The notes beneath the pieces are model-generated. The model saw only the letters and a program-made list of their open reading frames with translations, did not search any database and was not told the origin of the DNA. A stretch of DNA of 62,531 nucleotides, counting the filler, from Aduncisulcus paluster (taxonomy: Eukaryota), in assembly GCA_024181965.1 (NCBI GenBank). It is 7 parts of 7 records of this genome, joined end to end, with 100 filler letters (N's around TTAATTAATTAA, not from the genome) between each part and the next. Parts side by side here need not be neighbours in the genome. Positions count along the whole stretch, not along the records: positions 1 to 10,652 come from BQXS01013838.1; positions 10,753 to 23,785 come from BQXS01013839.1; 5 more parts are not named here. One strand, written 5' to 3'. Both the position numbers and the translations under genes were made by a program. Each line of letters opens with the position of its first letter. Within the stretch, counting starts at the first letter, position 1. Of this stretch, positions 1 to 13,069 are shown in pieces.

Positions 1-762
1 GGCTTCAATCAAGGAATCGTCACTCCAAACGAAAGAATCTTCTTCTTCTTCTTTATCGAAGTCTTCACAGATAATCTTACCATTTTCATCATTTGTCGTG
101 GTGGGAACTGTTGAAGATCGAGTTGTACTTGTTGTCTTTGATCGATGAGAACGGATCTTTTCCTCTTCCTCTTCCTCTTCTTCAATGATTCCTCCTTCAG
201 AAGACTCTTCTTTGGAACTGTTAGCTTCTTTTTCTGACAGATCATGAGGAGTGGCTTGGGAATTGGTTGAGCGGATAAAAATATCATCATCATCTGCAAT
301 TACGGCTGAAGACATGCCGGTATCTAGGTGTTTTGGGGCTTTTCGGGCCGGTTTCTTCCGGTTTCTTCTTGATATAACGGGAGATGATTCACTATCAAGT
401 TCAAATGATGGAGATCCTTCAGATGAGTCGGGATCATCACTTTGAGTAAACATCGCAAGTTCTATGTGTTTTCTTTTTGACGTTTTTCTTGGATTAGTTG
501 ATTCTATTGGAATTGAAGAGAATACTTTGGTTTTCTTTATCTCTTGCGTGGATCCTTTCGCATCATCGGATGTTTCCTCGCTATTTGAGGACACTGTATC
601 TGTTGTAGTTGTATTACAGAATAAATCATCATCTAAATCTGCATAGTCCTCCACAAGTTCCGATTCTTCACTAGAATCATCATCACTAACATATTTAATA
701 TCTTTTACACATTTTCTTGAAGTTCTATATTTCTTATTATATTTATCATACTTTTTTGGCAT
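1..762 (-). CDS. Hypothetical acidic/Ser-rich low-complexity protein, 3'-truncated by the window edge
   Basis: Manual translation from ATG 762 (MPKKYDKYNKKYRTSRKCVKDIKYVSDDDSSEESE...) stays open towards base 1; absent from the ORF track because no stop lies in the window. Confidence 0.75.
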   Translation of the reverse strand, partial: MPKKYDKYNKKYRTSRKCVKDIKYVSDDDSSEESELVEDYADLDDDLFCNTTTTDTVSSNSEETSDDAKGSTQEIKKTKVFSSIPIESTNPRKTSKRKHIELAMFTQSDDPDSSEGSPSFELDSESSPVISRRNRKKPARKAPKHLDTGMSSAVIADDDDIFIRSTNSQATPHDLSEKEANSSKEESSEGGIIEEEEEEEEKIRSHRSKTTSTTRSSTVPTTTNDENGKIICEDFDKEEEEDSFVWSDDSLIEA

Positions 763-1335
763 ATTATGTGATTATATCACAAGAAATAATCGATTTTATG
801 CCGCAGAACAATTTGTTCGATTGAAAGATTTTTTCTTGCAGTAAATTTTGCATAATATAACATATTAATAATGTTTCATTTATTGTTTCTTTTGCATAAT
901 GATCCAAGCTCTCTTTCCACAAAACTTCATTTTCAGCTGAGATGAGACAATTTATTGCAAGCAATAATCTTCATAAAATAGATAGCCAAAAAAGAAAACA
1001 GGAAAAGGACACAAACTTTGAATTATTACATATTTTAAATATGCGTCAAAGTCTATTAATAAAAAAAAAAGAATATCTAAAAAAACACGATAATTTTCAG
1101 TATAATACGATTTGTACGCAACAAAAATAATCATGTTATAAAACGCCCATAACAAATAAAAGGGAAGAAAGAGATACAATAAACATAAAGATTGGGCTCC
1201 CATGAATAATATTTTATAATAAAAACAACAAAAAGACAAAAAAAAGGGGAAAACAAAATGATAATAAGGATAATAAGGATCATTACAAACCTCATAGAAA
1301 CGAGCAGTGTTAATATTTCTTTCAAAAAAATCTGA

Positions 1336-2586
1336 CTATAAGGTGAAATCGTCACTCTCTTCTCCAGTTTCGAAAGATCCAACGAGATCAATGTCACCAC
1401 CTTCAGAGATAATCATCCTTTCAATGGCATCATCCTTCTCCTCAAGCTCTTCTTCAAGGGGGTTCTCAAGCTTCAAGCGAGCAGAAGCAGTTTCTTTGGT
1501 GATCTTACCGCTGGCAATCTCTTCAGCAATCTTCTTGTGTAAGTGGCGCTTTGCAGCATATTTCTGTCCGATACTCTGCTCATCATGAATGCACTCAATG
1601 GCTTCAGAGACCATGCCAGCAATGGATAGGATACGGATCTTGGGGTTAGGTTGAGTGAGAGGAATGGAATCAGATACCAATAAGTACTCAAGGTCACTGG
1701 CAGCAATCCTAGCATGGGCTGGACCAGAGAGAACAGGGTGGGTGATGCAAGCGATCACAGAAGTGGCACCTGACTTCATGAGGGCTGAAGCAGCCTTGCA
1801 CACGGTTCCAGCAGTGTCAATAATGTCGTCAAAGATGATACAATGGGCACCGGCAACGTCACCAATCACATTCATCACTTCACATTGGTTGGCAGCCTCA
1901 CGACGCTTGTCAATCAGACACAACTCGGCGTCCAAGCGAGAAGCAAGCTTCCTGGCTCTGTTTGCACCTCCAGCATCGGGAGAAACGACGGTGACCTTAT
2001 CCAAATCGGAATATTCTTTCAAGAGGTAAGGGACGAAAATGTGAGATCCAAAAATGTGATCAACGGGAATGGAGAAGAATCCTTGGATCTGGGCAGCATG
2101 CAAATCAATCATGAGAGCACGATCAGCACCAGCAGTGGTAATTAAATCAGCAACTAGTTTGGCGGTGATAGGGGTTCTGGGACTAGCTTTCCTGTCTTGG
2201 CGAGCATAACCGAAATAAGGGATGACAGCGGTAATTCTCTTAGCAGAAGCACGTTTAGCAGCGTCGATAATAACGAGAAGCTCCATCAAGTTCTTATTCA
2301 CATCAGGAGGGCAAGTGGGTTGAATAATGAAAAGATCACATCCACGAATATGTCTGGAAAATTGCACAGCGATCTCACCATCAGAAAAAGATCCAACTTG
2401 GAGTGGGAGCAAGTCTTTCCCCAATTTGCTGGCAATGGAAGCAGCAAGAGGACGATTGGAATTTCCTGTACATAATTCAAGAGTATATGAACCTTCCATT
2501 AATAATAAACTAGAAGCAAATGACTGAACCTTATCACGGAATAAAGCTTGATGATGATTTTTCAATTTTTGTAGACTTTCACCCAT
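1336..2586 (-). CDS. prs: Ribose-phosphate pyrophosphokinase (class I PRPP synthetase) with ~70-aa C-terminal extension
   Basis: Motifs FSDGE, RASAKRITAVIPYFGYARQDRK, DLHAAQIQGFF, VVSPDAGG and PRPP loop IFDDIIDTAGT; true start may be the internal MEGSYTLEL. Confidence 0.97.
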   Translation of the reverse strand: MGESLQKLKNHHQALFRDKVQSFASSLLLMEGSYTLELCTGNSNRPLAASIASKLGKDLLPLQVGSFSDGEIAVQFSRHIRGCDLFIIQPTCPPDVNKNLMELLVIIDAAKRASAKRITAVIPYFGYARQDRKASPRTPITAKLVADLITTAGADRALMIDLHAAQIQGFFSIPVDHIFGSHIFVPYLLKEYSDLDKVTVVSPDAGGANRARKLASRLDAELCLIDKRREAANQCEVMNVIGDVAGAHCIIFDDIIDTAGTVCKAASALMKSGATSVIACITHPVLSGPAHARIAASDLEYLLVSDSIPLTQPNPKIRILSIAGMVSEAIECIHDEQSIGQKYAAKRHLHKKIAEEIASGKITKETASARLKLENPLEEELEEKDDAIERMIISEGGDIDLVGSFETGEESDDFTL

Positions 2587-2819
2587 ATCCTTATAAATTA
2601 TAAAATAGCATTATTACGAAATTTTTACTCTGAATAATATTTTTGTTTCACAACAAATATTGTATTCCATCATTTAAAAGTATCTCGTGATTCTGTATGA
2701 TTTTATGAAGATATATTTCTGAAATCAGTATACTATTAGTCATTAATTTGATTACTAATTTGAAAAATATTTTGATACTTTTATTTCCATCGATATCACA
2801 TTTTGGGCTTTCTACATGA

Positions 2820-3904
2820 ATGGCAGACCTAACTAGCCCTCAAGATGGTGTATTATCACATGAACATGAACTTAAGAAGATGATAGAGGAAAAGGTTAGA
2901 ATAGAAGCATCTCTAAAGGAGTTGAAATCAGAACTCAAGCTCTCGATGGCCGACTATCAAAAAAATGCCAGTTGTCTTCTTGATTACAAATCCAAATTGT
3001 CTGATGCACTTAGTGATCTTGATAACCCCCTGACTAAAGAAGTGATTTCACTTGGAGAGTCTCATAAATATTCTTTTGCTCCTATCGCTGTNNNNNNNNN
3101 NNNNNNNNNNNTACATGAATGGCAGACCTAACTAGCCCTCAAGATGGTGTATTATCACATGAACATGAACTTAAGAAGATGATAGAGGAAAAGGTTAGAA
3201 TAGAAGCATCTCTAAAGGAGTTGAAATCAGAACTCAAGCTCTCGATGGCCGACTATCAAAAAAATGCCAGTTGTCTTCTTGATTACAAATCCAAATTGTC
3301 TGATGCACTTAGTGATCTTGATAACCCCCTGACTAAAGAAGTGATTTCACTTGGAGAGTCTCATAAATATTCTTTTGCTCCTATCGCTGTTGCTTCCGAA
3401 TCTTCTGCGAACAAATACACACTATCATTCATGCCAAGGTTTAAAGAGGCCATGAATGATATGGAAGGATTTGAATTATATTGGATTCAGGCTTTGGTAC
3501 CTTCATTCGTTTCTCAAGAGAAATCCGAAAAATCAGATTCTGATTCCCCATCTGATAAACGTCGTTCATCTCCGTCTCTTCCTCCGTCGTATTCATATTC
3601 ATATAGATCTTCCTCGGTTGCTGCTTCTCCTCTTCCGGCGATGTGTGCTTCATCCAGTGGTAAATTGAATTTTCCAGCTCAAATCGCTCAACAATCTTCT
3701 CCTTCAACATCTTCTCCTGGAATATCTTGTGATGGATGGGATTTTGTTCAAGTCTTGTTCCGTGTGGAGTCGATAAATAAGGATAAACGAACTGTGATTG
3801 GTGAATTTACTGGACCGAAAATTCCTAGTTCTTCATATATTCTTGATATTAAGATTTATATTCCATATATAGAAAGTGAGAAAGTTATTCAAACGACAAA
3901 ATAA
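2820..3904 (+). CDS. Hypothetical 261-aa protein (N-terminal coiled coil, Ser-rich middle); first ~280 bp present twice across an N gap
   Basis: ORF 3119-3904; 2813-3091 is repeated after gap 3092-3111; divergent from prs across a ~230-bp AT-rich spacer. Confidence 0.7.
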
Positions 3905-4274
3905 GATCTAGATGATCTTATTGAACCGATTATTCGATCAGATCCAGTTTGGTCTTATCAGAGAATTTAAAATTAAAAATATTTATTTATTTAATCCGTC
4001 TGTCAACCCACATCATTATAATCCAATGTGGTATGAAAATGAAACCCTCAATAATATATATATAAAAGAGGAAAAAAATATAAATTATATTGCATGCGAG
4101 AACAAACCATGTCGTCGACATCAACATATTGAGTCTCTCAATTGAGAGATATTGAGATCTTTTCGCAATTCAATTTAACAAAATAAAAATGAATAAAAAA
4201 AAGTTCCATCAATCTCGTATGGTTACAACTGTATTGTTACTTAAAATAAAATATATATTATTAAATTAAACGTT

Positions 4275-7200
4275 TTAACGGCCATTTCTCATGAATTTAC
4301 CCAGAATATACTTGAAATACTCTCTGAAAGTCTCCGATAAGTATTCCCAATGTGAAGGTATAGAAAGAAGAGGGGAAGAGTAGAACTTATATAAACTCCC
4401 TGAAGTCAACAGAGAGTTCCACATGAATCTCCTCCAAAGACTCAACTTTGCCAATGATGTTTGTGACTGGTATGGTGGTACATTTGACTTCTTAGAACAT
4501 GAAGAACGGCAAGCACGACCATCAGAATCGTCAGAATATGGAGAGAGGGTGTCTGTTAACGTTGAATGAGATGGGCATGAACAACTCGATTTATCACTCG
4601 ATTTATCACTTGATAATCTCCTTGAGCCTTTCTTCATAGTTTTGGATGATTTATCTGAATCAACACCAACAATAGTCACTCTCTCTCTTTCTTCTTCATC
4701 ACCTTGAAAATCAAGGTCAATCTTTTTCCCTCCTTCTCTGACAAAACATATATATGACAAAACAGCAACAAATATCCTTGCCATGGACTCTGATTCACTT
4801 TCACAGTGCAATATTACACCATTCAAGAGTCGAATATAAACCATACATGGGTTGAAAAAAGTTGGAAGGGAAGAAGAGGCCTTTTCACGGAATCTAGTCT
4901 TCTGTTTTTGTTCTTTCTCACGTTTTCTTCTTGCAAACCATCCTTCTTTTGCTGGTTTCTTTGGTGCAGTTGGAAGAGATTCATGATCGTCATCCTTACA
5001 TGATCCAGTCCCAATGCTCTTGTCATGAGAATCGGTTATTATACCATCAATTGGGGTATGAGAAGAAGCATCTTTATGTTGACTTTTCTTGACTGCTTCT
5101 GGACTCATGAAAGGCATATATCTGATCTCTGCAACATGACCAATAGATATAGAAAAGGCTGACAAAGGAGAAGAGGAAGAGGAAGAGGAAGAAGAAGAGG
5201 AGGAGGAGGAAGAGGAGGATGAGGAAGAAGAAGATGTTTTGGAGGATGATGTAAGAGAAGGAGTTGGAAGTGTTGAAGAGAAAGAAGAGGCAGAGGCAGC
5301 TGAAGGGGCACCACAAGCGAACAATCTCCTCTTCTTCTTTTTCTTAGAACCAAATACAAGGTGAATCTTTGAAATCTTCTCCTTATCGGCAACAAAGAAC
5401 CCTCTTTCCAAAAGGATACCTACAGTCGTAGTCACAGACACCCTAAACATCGATCCGTCGGCGATATCAGCAGAGTTACTGTACACACTCATCACAATAT
5501 CCTCTTCACCTCCTAGGGAAGAAGGAATGAGTCTTCTAAGCATGGACATTGAGGGAGGGGATGCTGAATGTGAGGGGATAAATTGAGGGGAAAGAAGAGA
5601 AGAGCAGAGAGAGGGGAGAACGGGGAGAGCTTTAGGTTTAAGTTTAGGTTTTATAGTACTTTTGATGGAAGAAGTGGAAGTTATTGGAACAGGAGTTTTC
5701 TTTTCTTTTTGAACTGTTTGTTGTTTAGTTGTCATAGGTCCAAGAACAAATTGTGCAAATATTCCACCTTGTACTGGAAGTGGATGCTGTGACTGTTGAT
5801 GTTGTTGCTGATGGGAAGACTCTTCACTCTCTTCCTCCTCTTCCTCCTCTTCTCCTTCCTCTTCCTCTTNNNNNNNNNNNNNNNNNNNNTCCTCTTCTTC
5901 TTTTTCTTAGAACCAAATACAAGGTGAATCTTTGAAATCTTCTCCTTATCGGCAACAAAGAACCCTCTTTCCAAAAGGATACCTACAGTCGTAGTCACAG
6001 ACACCCTAAACATCGATCCGTCGGCGATATCAGCAGAGTTACTGTACACACTCATCACAATATCCTCTTCACCTCCTAGGGAAGAGGAAGAGGAAGAAGA
6101 AGAGGAGGAGGAGGAAGAGGAGGATGAGGAAGAAGAAGATGTTTTGGAGGATGATGTAAGAGAAGGAGTTGGAAGTGTTGAAGAGAAAGAAGAGGCAGAG
6201 GCAGCTGAAGGGGCACCACAAGCGAACAATCTCCTCTTCTTCTTTTTCTTAGAACCAAATACAAGGTGAATCTTTGAAATCTTCTCCTTATCGGCAACAA
6301 AGAACCCTCTTTCCAAAAGGATACCTACAGTCGTAGTCACAGACACCCTAAACATCGATCCGTCGGCGATATCAGCAGAGTTACTGTACACACTCATCAC
6401 AATATCCTCTTCACCTCCTAGGGAAGAAGGAATGAGTCTTCTAAGCATGGACATTGAGGGAGGGGATGCTGAATGTGAGTGGATAAATTGAGGGGAAAGA
6501 AGAGAAGAGCAGAGAGAGGGGAGAACGGGGAGAGCTTTAGGTTTAAGTTTAGGTTTTATAGTACTTTTGATGGAAGAAGTGGAAGTTATTGGAACAGGAG
6601 TTTTCTTTTCTTTTTGAACTGTTTGTTGTTTAGTTGTCATAGGTCCAAGAACAAATTGTGCAAATATTCCACCTTGTACTGGAAGTGGATGCTGTGACTG
6701 TTGATGTTGTTGCTGATGGGAAGACTCTTCACTCTCTTCCTCCTCTTCCTCCTCTTCTCCTTCCTCTTCCTCTTCATCATATTCAGACAAATCAACATCA
6801 CCTCCCCCTCTTTGAAGATCTTCATCGACTTGAACCATTTCTTTGGTAATGACATGTGTTTCCTTTGGTTGATGCACAAGGGAAGGAGATGGTTGATTCC
6901 TATAGGTTGTGGATCCTGCATCTCCAGTTATCGGGACCTCATACTGTTCCACTGGAGAGCATGCCCCAAATAAAGTATCGGAGCGAGATACGTCTACTGT
7001 ACTAAACTGTACAGCCTCGAAGACTGGGGAATTGGGTGAGGAGTCAGCAGATGATGAAAAAGTAGAGAAGGAAGCCACAAGGAGATCTTCTTGAGGTTCC
7101 TGGAGTTCTGAGTTCCTTGAATGACCCGCATTGTATAGTCCGGCTTTTGCAGATGATTCATGATGACTACCAGTGGTATTGGTGGTAGTAGCACTAGATA

Positions 7201-10200
7201 TTTGATGAATATGAATAGGTTTTTGATCTGTGATTTGAGATATTAACCCTTGTTGTTTATCCTGAACATTAGACTCCTTTTCATCTCCCTTCTTCTCTTG
7301 CTCCTCTTCCTCTTCTTCTTCACTTGTGGATGAAGAGGAAGAGGTATCTTGGTAAGAATAGTCGTGTTCTTCTTGACTTTTCCTTGGTGAAGAAGAAGAT
7401 GTATTTGATTCCTCATCATTGGATTCCTCATTATTGGATTCTTCCTCGGAATATGATGAAGATACCTCAAAGAAAGTGGATGTCTTACGGCGAGGAGGAG
7501 AGGTTGGAATGGGACGATGTGACTCTTGATCTGTTAAAACAGGAACGACTGGTGTCTCCTGTATATGTGAATGTGGCTCTGTTGACTGAGTTGACTGAGT
7601 TGATTGAGTTGATTGAGGGGGTTGTTGAATATGAATGGATGTTTGGATAGTCTCTTGATTCGAACAAGTCCCTGAGGCAGAGATAATGTTATCTTCCTCT
7701 TCTTTCTCTTTCTCTTTTCTTTCCTTTTGATTGACAGATTGTAAGGATTCGTCTATATTTGTCAGAGGTTGTTTAATATCCTCTCCAACTTCCTTTGTAA
7801 CATCATGTCTGCCCAATGCCTTCTCTTCTAGCTCTGGTCTCAATTCTGATGAAGATGATGAAGAGTACGTATACTCAGAATACTCTTCCTCTTCCTCTTC
7901 CTCTTTTGTCTCATGGCTGACACTTTGAATTATGGATTTGTCTGTGGTGAGTTGCTGAGGGTGGATCTGTTGTAGAGTTTCACTGTCATCCTTGCCTGTT
8001 GTATTGGATGGAATGGCACTATCTTCTTGTTGAATTATAGTTCCTTCCATTTTAATGTCTTGTTGCTTCAGTTTCTCCTCAGACTCTGACTTTTGTTCTT
8101 CTTCAGTTTGCTCTTCAACGTTCTCTTTTGAAGGTAGAGAGATCATTTCTTCTTTTTGGTTAATATCTTGCTTTGGTTCTTTGGGAGAATGGTCTTGTTG
8201 TTCGATAGATCCTTCAGAAGTACTCGGACTCTCACCATACNNNNNNNNNNNNNNNNNNNNCTCTTGGTCATGCCACCATTCCACATGCTCCTGATGATGA
8301 GATCATTGAGCTTTCCCGGTCGCCTTCTTTGTTGAGCCTCCATGACGATACTATATTGTTTCTTTTCTTCCTTCTCCTCTTCCTCTTCCTCTTCTTCCTT
8401 AACAACTTCTTCTTCTTCCTTAACAACTTCTTCTTCTTCCTTAACAATTTCCATATCTTTTGTAACATAGACGTCCTTTCCTTTAACTTCTATTGGTAAT
8501 GATTCTTTATCGTCTCTCATTCTTTGTTCAGAATATATGTCAACGATCTTCCTTCCTTCTTCTTTTACGGGAGTAAATATTGGAAATTGATCTTCTTGAT
8601 CTTCTTGATCTTGTCCTTCAACTCTTGACTCCGGTGTGATTACACGATCCTCAATCATTCCTCCTCCTCTCTTATCGCTCTCTTCTCTTGCTCGCTTCTC
8701 ATCTTCAGGGAGGTCAAAGGTCACAGAACGAGAATGGGAATGTTTCCCTGACCTCTCTGAGCCTGGTGTTTTGTTTCCGATTGGAGACATGCCACAAAGT
8801 TCATCCTCTTCGGATAATCNNNNNNNNNNNNNNNNNNNNATCCTTGCCTGTTGTATTGGATGGAATGGCACTATCTTCTTGTTGAATTATAGTTCCTTCC
8901 ATTTTAATGTCTTGTTGCTTCAGTTTCTCCTCAGACTCTGACTTTTGTTCTTCTTCAGTTTGCTCTTCAACGTTCTCTTTTGAAGGTAGAGAGATCATTT
9001 CTTCTTTTTGGTTAATATCTTGCTTTGGTTCTTTGGGAGAATGGTCTTGTTGTTCGATAGATCCTTCAGAAGTACTCGGACTCTCACCATACAAATTATA
9101 TTGTTTCTTTTCTTCCTTCTCCTCTTCCTCTTCCTCTTCTTCCTTAACAACTTCTTCTTCTTCCTTAACAACTTCTTCTTCTTCCTTAACAATTTCCATA
9201 TCTTTTGTAACATAGACGTCCTTTCCTTTAACTTCTATTGGTAATGATTCTTTATCGTCTCTCATTCTTTGTTCAGAATATATGTCAACGATCTTCCTTC
9301 CTTCTTCTTTTACGGGAGTAAATATTGGAAATTGATCTTCTTGATCTTCTTGATCTTGTTTTTCAGTACGATTTATATGAGTTTCAACACGAGCAGGGGG
9401 AAAATCTGTTCCATGTGAAGATTTCCCATCTGAGCTGATTATTTTCCTCTTAATTTGGTCATTATGTTGCACTTTGGCCTCGAAATCTATATTTATAGGA
9501 CCCTGAGCGAGAAAATCTTTCCCACTCAGAGTTGGAGTAGCATGAATATCAAATGTATGTTGTTGCAATTCTCGATCATTATAATCATCCCTGGCATCAC
9601 CAATCATTTCCCTGCTTCCGTGAACATGATCAAAGTCTTCTTGTTCTTGACCTTCAACTCTTGACTCCGGTGTGATTACACGATCCTCAATCATTCCTCC
9701 TCCTCTCTTATCGCTCTCTTCTCTTGCTCGCTTCTCATCTTCAGGGAGGTCAAAGGTCACAGAACGAGAATGGGAATGTTTCCCTGACCTCTCTGAGCCT
9801 GGTGTTTTGTTTCCGATTGGAGACATGCCACAAAGTTCATCCTCTTCGGATAATCTTCTCTCACAGCTAGCACGCAATATGGGAGGTGGGGCAGGCCTTG
9901 AGAGTGAATTCAATACAGAGATCACACTCATGTGAAGGCCAGACCCAGACTCGAGGATAGATGCACTCTGGGTCTGAGGTGAGGCACCACTGCCACTGTT
10001 AGAGGCTATATTCCTTGCTTCTAATGATTCGTCATCAGACCTGCCTGGAGTCACCCACCCTTCACTATCATCATGAGTAGATTCTATATTTAGATGTACA
10101 TCATTTGAGAAACTATCCTCGATCTCTTCAATCGTAAGATGAATATCGTTTCCATCCTCATCTGTGAGACTATATTCTCTTCCTCTTTCTCCTCCTCTTC

Positions 10201-10651
10201 CTCTTCCTCCTTCTTCAAGAGATCTGCTGTCTTCATCAAATCTGTTGTCCTCGCTCTCATAACTATGTGAAGAACTGCCTGTTGTGGATATGCTGGAGGC
10301 TGATTGATATGATCCAGAAGCAGAGTGGGATATCTTATTCCGATCAACATCAAAATCAGTGGTGGAAGAGAGGGATAAGGAGTGAGTATGAGTCTGAGCA
10401 AGGACATGAACAGGGGGGTTATCTTTCCTAGGGACTTTGACAGTTGTTCTCAAAGAACGGCTATATTTAGATGTGGTCGTGGTTGGGTTGGATGCTTTAT
10501 CTTGTCGAACATCATCAAGATCATCAACATCATCAACATCACGAATAACAGGGCGAGGATCAGGAATATTATGAACAACACTGCGACTACTATCATGATA
10601 ACTCCCTTCTTTCTTGATCTGGGGGGGAGTTTGAATGAGAGACGAAGAAGG
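4275..10651 (-). CDS. Large Glu/Ser-rich disordered protein with a C-terminal split PH-like domain; 5'-partial and fragmented by three gaps with redundant copies
   Basis: ORFs 8801-10453, 8143-8871, 5732-8284 and 4275-5735 overlap in identical peptides; frame is open to the scaffold end at 10651. Confidence 0.75.
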
Positions 10652-10652
10652 G

Positions 10653-10752
10653 NNNNNNNNNNNNNNNNNNNNNNNNNNNNNNNNNNNNNNNNNNNNTTAA
10701 TTAATTAANNNNNNNNNNNNNNNNNNNNNNNNNNNNNNNNNNNNNNNNNNNN
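10653..10752. other. Artificial scaffold linker
   Basis: N44-TTAATTAATTAA-N44 (stops in all six frames). Confidence 0.98.
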
Positions 10753-11976
10753 GGGAATACTAAATATCTCATTGATGACATTTTCATTGCTCGGCCCACT
10801 GTTTTGTGTGCTGTTCCTCGTGTTTTACAGAAGATTTTTGACAGTGTCATGAAGAAAGTTAAGAAGAAGCCTGGTTTAATCCGTTGGTTATTCCTTCATG
10901 GATTGTCTCGTGTGAAACACTGGAAATATGTCCAACAACGTCTGAAGATACCAACCAAATATGATTTTCTTTTCAAAGATGTTCGTAACCTTCTTGGGAA
11001 CAGATGTAAACAGATTGTCAGTGGAAGTGCTCCTTTATCTCCCGAGTGTGCTGCCTTTGTTGGTTGTGCTATGGGTGTTGAGTTAACTGAAGGATTCGGC
11101 ATGACAGAGACTGCAGCTGCTGGAGTTGTACAAGTGTGTCCTGTGAGAACCTATGGTAACTGTGGAAAGCCTCTTGGTGACCAGGAAATCAAACTCGTGG
11201 ATGTACCTGAATTGGAGTATCTTTCAACTGATCCAAACCCACGTGGAGAGTTGTGTATCCGTGGAGCCAATATCTTTTGTGGATATCACGGATTACCTGA
11301 TAAAACAAAGGAAGTATTTGATAAAGATGGATATTTCCACACTGGAGATATTGCTCAGTATGTAGATGGGAGAGTTCAGATTATTGATCGGAAGAAATGT
11401 GTTTATAAACTAAGCCATGGAGAATTTGTGAGTGCAGAAGCACTAGAACGTGCCTATTCTTCTTCTCCTTATGTTGAAGGGTCCTTTGTGTATTGTAATC
11501 GCTATGAGAGTTTTGTTCTTGCTGTTGTGCAGATCAACGATAAAGAAGTCAGAGAAGGTCTTGTAACTGAAGGTGTTTTGACTCAGAGGGAAGTTGATGA
11601 GCTTGATACGAGAACTAAACTATGTAATACTATGAAAGTAATATCTTTTGTGCATAAGTCTGTCATTTTATCATGTCGTGAAGCTGGTCTTCGTTCCTTT
11701 GAAATACCAAGAGCTATTATATTGGAATGTGAAGAGTGGACAATTGACAACAAATGTATGACACCCAGTCTGAAAATAAGAAGACCTTTCTTACGTTCTA
11801 TGTATGAAAGAAGGTTTTTGGATATCTTTAGAAGGATTAAAGTCAATGTACCCGCTGGAACACGACTTAAACGTGACGAGGCTGCAGAGATTGTTTGTGA
11901 TTCTTTGGCTCTTGGTGAACTGGGCCCAGCATCAATCACATCTGGTTCCACTATGGTTTCTGGAGGAGAAGAATGA
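10753..11976 (+). CDS. ACSL: Long-chain acyl-CoA synthetase (AMP-binding), 5'-partial
   Basis: RPTVLCAVPRV, SGSAPL, EGFGMTET, GELCIRG, GYFHTGDI, IIDRKK, MTPSLKIRR; frame open from the scaffold start. Confidence 0.95.
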   Translation, partial: GNTKYLIDDIFIARPTVLCAVPRVLQKIFDSVMKKVKKKPGLIRWLFLHGLSRVKHWKYVQQRLKIPTKYDFLFKDVRNLLGNRCKQIVSGSAPLSPECAAFVGCAMGVELTEGFGMTETAAAGVVQVCPVRTYGNCGKPLGDQEIKLVDVPELEYLSTDPNPRGELCIRGANIFCGYHGLPDKTKEVFDKDGYFHTGDIAQYVDGRVQIIDRKKCVYKLSHGEFVSAEALERAYSSSPYVEGSFVYCNRYESFVLAVVQINDKEVREGLVTEGVLTQREVDELDTRTKLCNTMKVISFVHKSVILSCREAGLRSFEIPRAIILECEEWTIDNKCMTPSLKIRRPFLRSMYERRFLDIFRRIKVNVPAGTRLKRDEAAEIVCDSLALGELGPASITSGSTMVSGGEE

Positions 11977-13069
11977 ATGACTGATTTATATATTTTGTAC
12001 TGCATTTGCTATATCTTTTCTCTTCGAAATAACGGGAATTATTGCGTTCAATATACATATATTTAGACATATATTTATACATATCTCGCAGAAATATGAT
12101 AGTTGTTGCATTTTATCTTTCAATATCTACACACGTTTAAAGATTTAAATTAACAACTTTTTTTTTTGATTGTTTTGTTATGTTTTGCTTTACACTTGGA
12201 TTTCTTGAATTGTAATATTATATTTTTATTTTTTTTTTTGTGTATCATTTTTTAAACATTTTTTAAATTTTATTATTCGTTTTTCAAGATCCAAGTTTTT
12301 TGTTTTGTTCAACTTGAAATGGTCACTGTTTTTGTTTCTTTTAAAAGACCTTTTCCTTATAACTTTTACCTTTACATTTCGGTTGTTTTGTTGCTTCTGC
12401 TTTTGTTTTGTTTTTCTTTTTTGTCACCATGACTCATGCGTCGGACGTCGCACTCACTCAAGTAATTTTTATCCCTTTTTTTTCTAGTATATCCTCATTT
12501 GTCTCCATATAGAGTAATAAAATAATAAAATATAAATATAAAAATTGATCAACACTTCTGTCTAAAGGTTTCAAACCACAAAGTTTGTGTTGAATAGAAC
12601 ACTGTTGAATATTGAATACTCAAATTATTGTAACGGATGCAGTTTGTTGAAATATAATGTATAAGTTTTAAAACTTACCGTCATTTCATCTTAATGGGTC
12701 CCAAAAGCCCTTAAATAATGGAAATCATAATGTTATCCGGCCATTCGAACCCACAAAACTATATTCGTTAAGTTCGATAGAAACTCACACAATAACATTA
12801 ATAAAACAGTATGATCGACAATAAACATGTGAAATAGAATCTAACATAGTTGAAAATAGAGCTTGATTACAAGAATGGCATTCTGGTACTGAAAACAAGG
12901 ATACGTCGCATATGTCAGAAATAAAGCATCGGGACTCGATACAGGCTTTAGAAAAATTGAAAAGAGTTTTAACAACAGGAAAAAGTCGCTCCAACGGGCT
13001 AAAAGCAAGAAAGTAATTGAATTACCAAAAACCATGAAGAAAAAAACCACCAAACCAGCAACAGAAGAC

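Noticed and set aside
2813..3391. Apparent tandem duplications flanking 20-N gaps (also ~5870, 8241, 8820, 27073, 40142, 44503, 53820, 58082)
   Set aside because: Near-identical overlaps on both sides of fixed-size gaps indicate unmerged contig ends or haplotypes
10653..10752. TTAATTAATTAA palindrome within N runs (six times)
   Set aside because: Artificial concatenation linker; adjacency across it has no biological meaning
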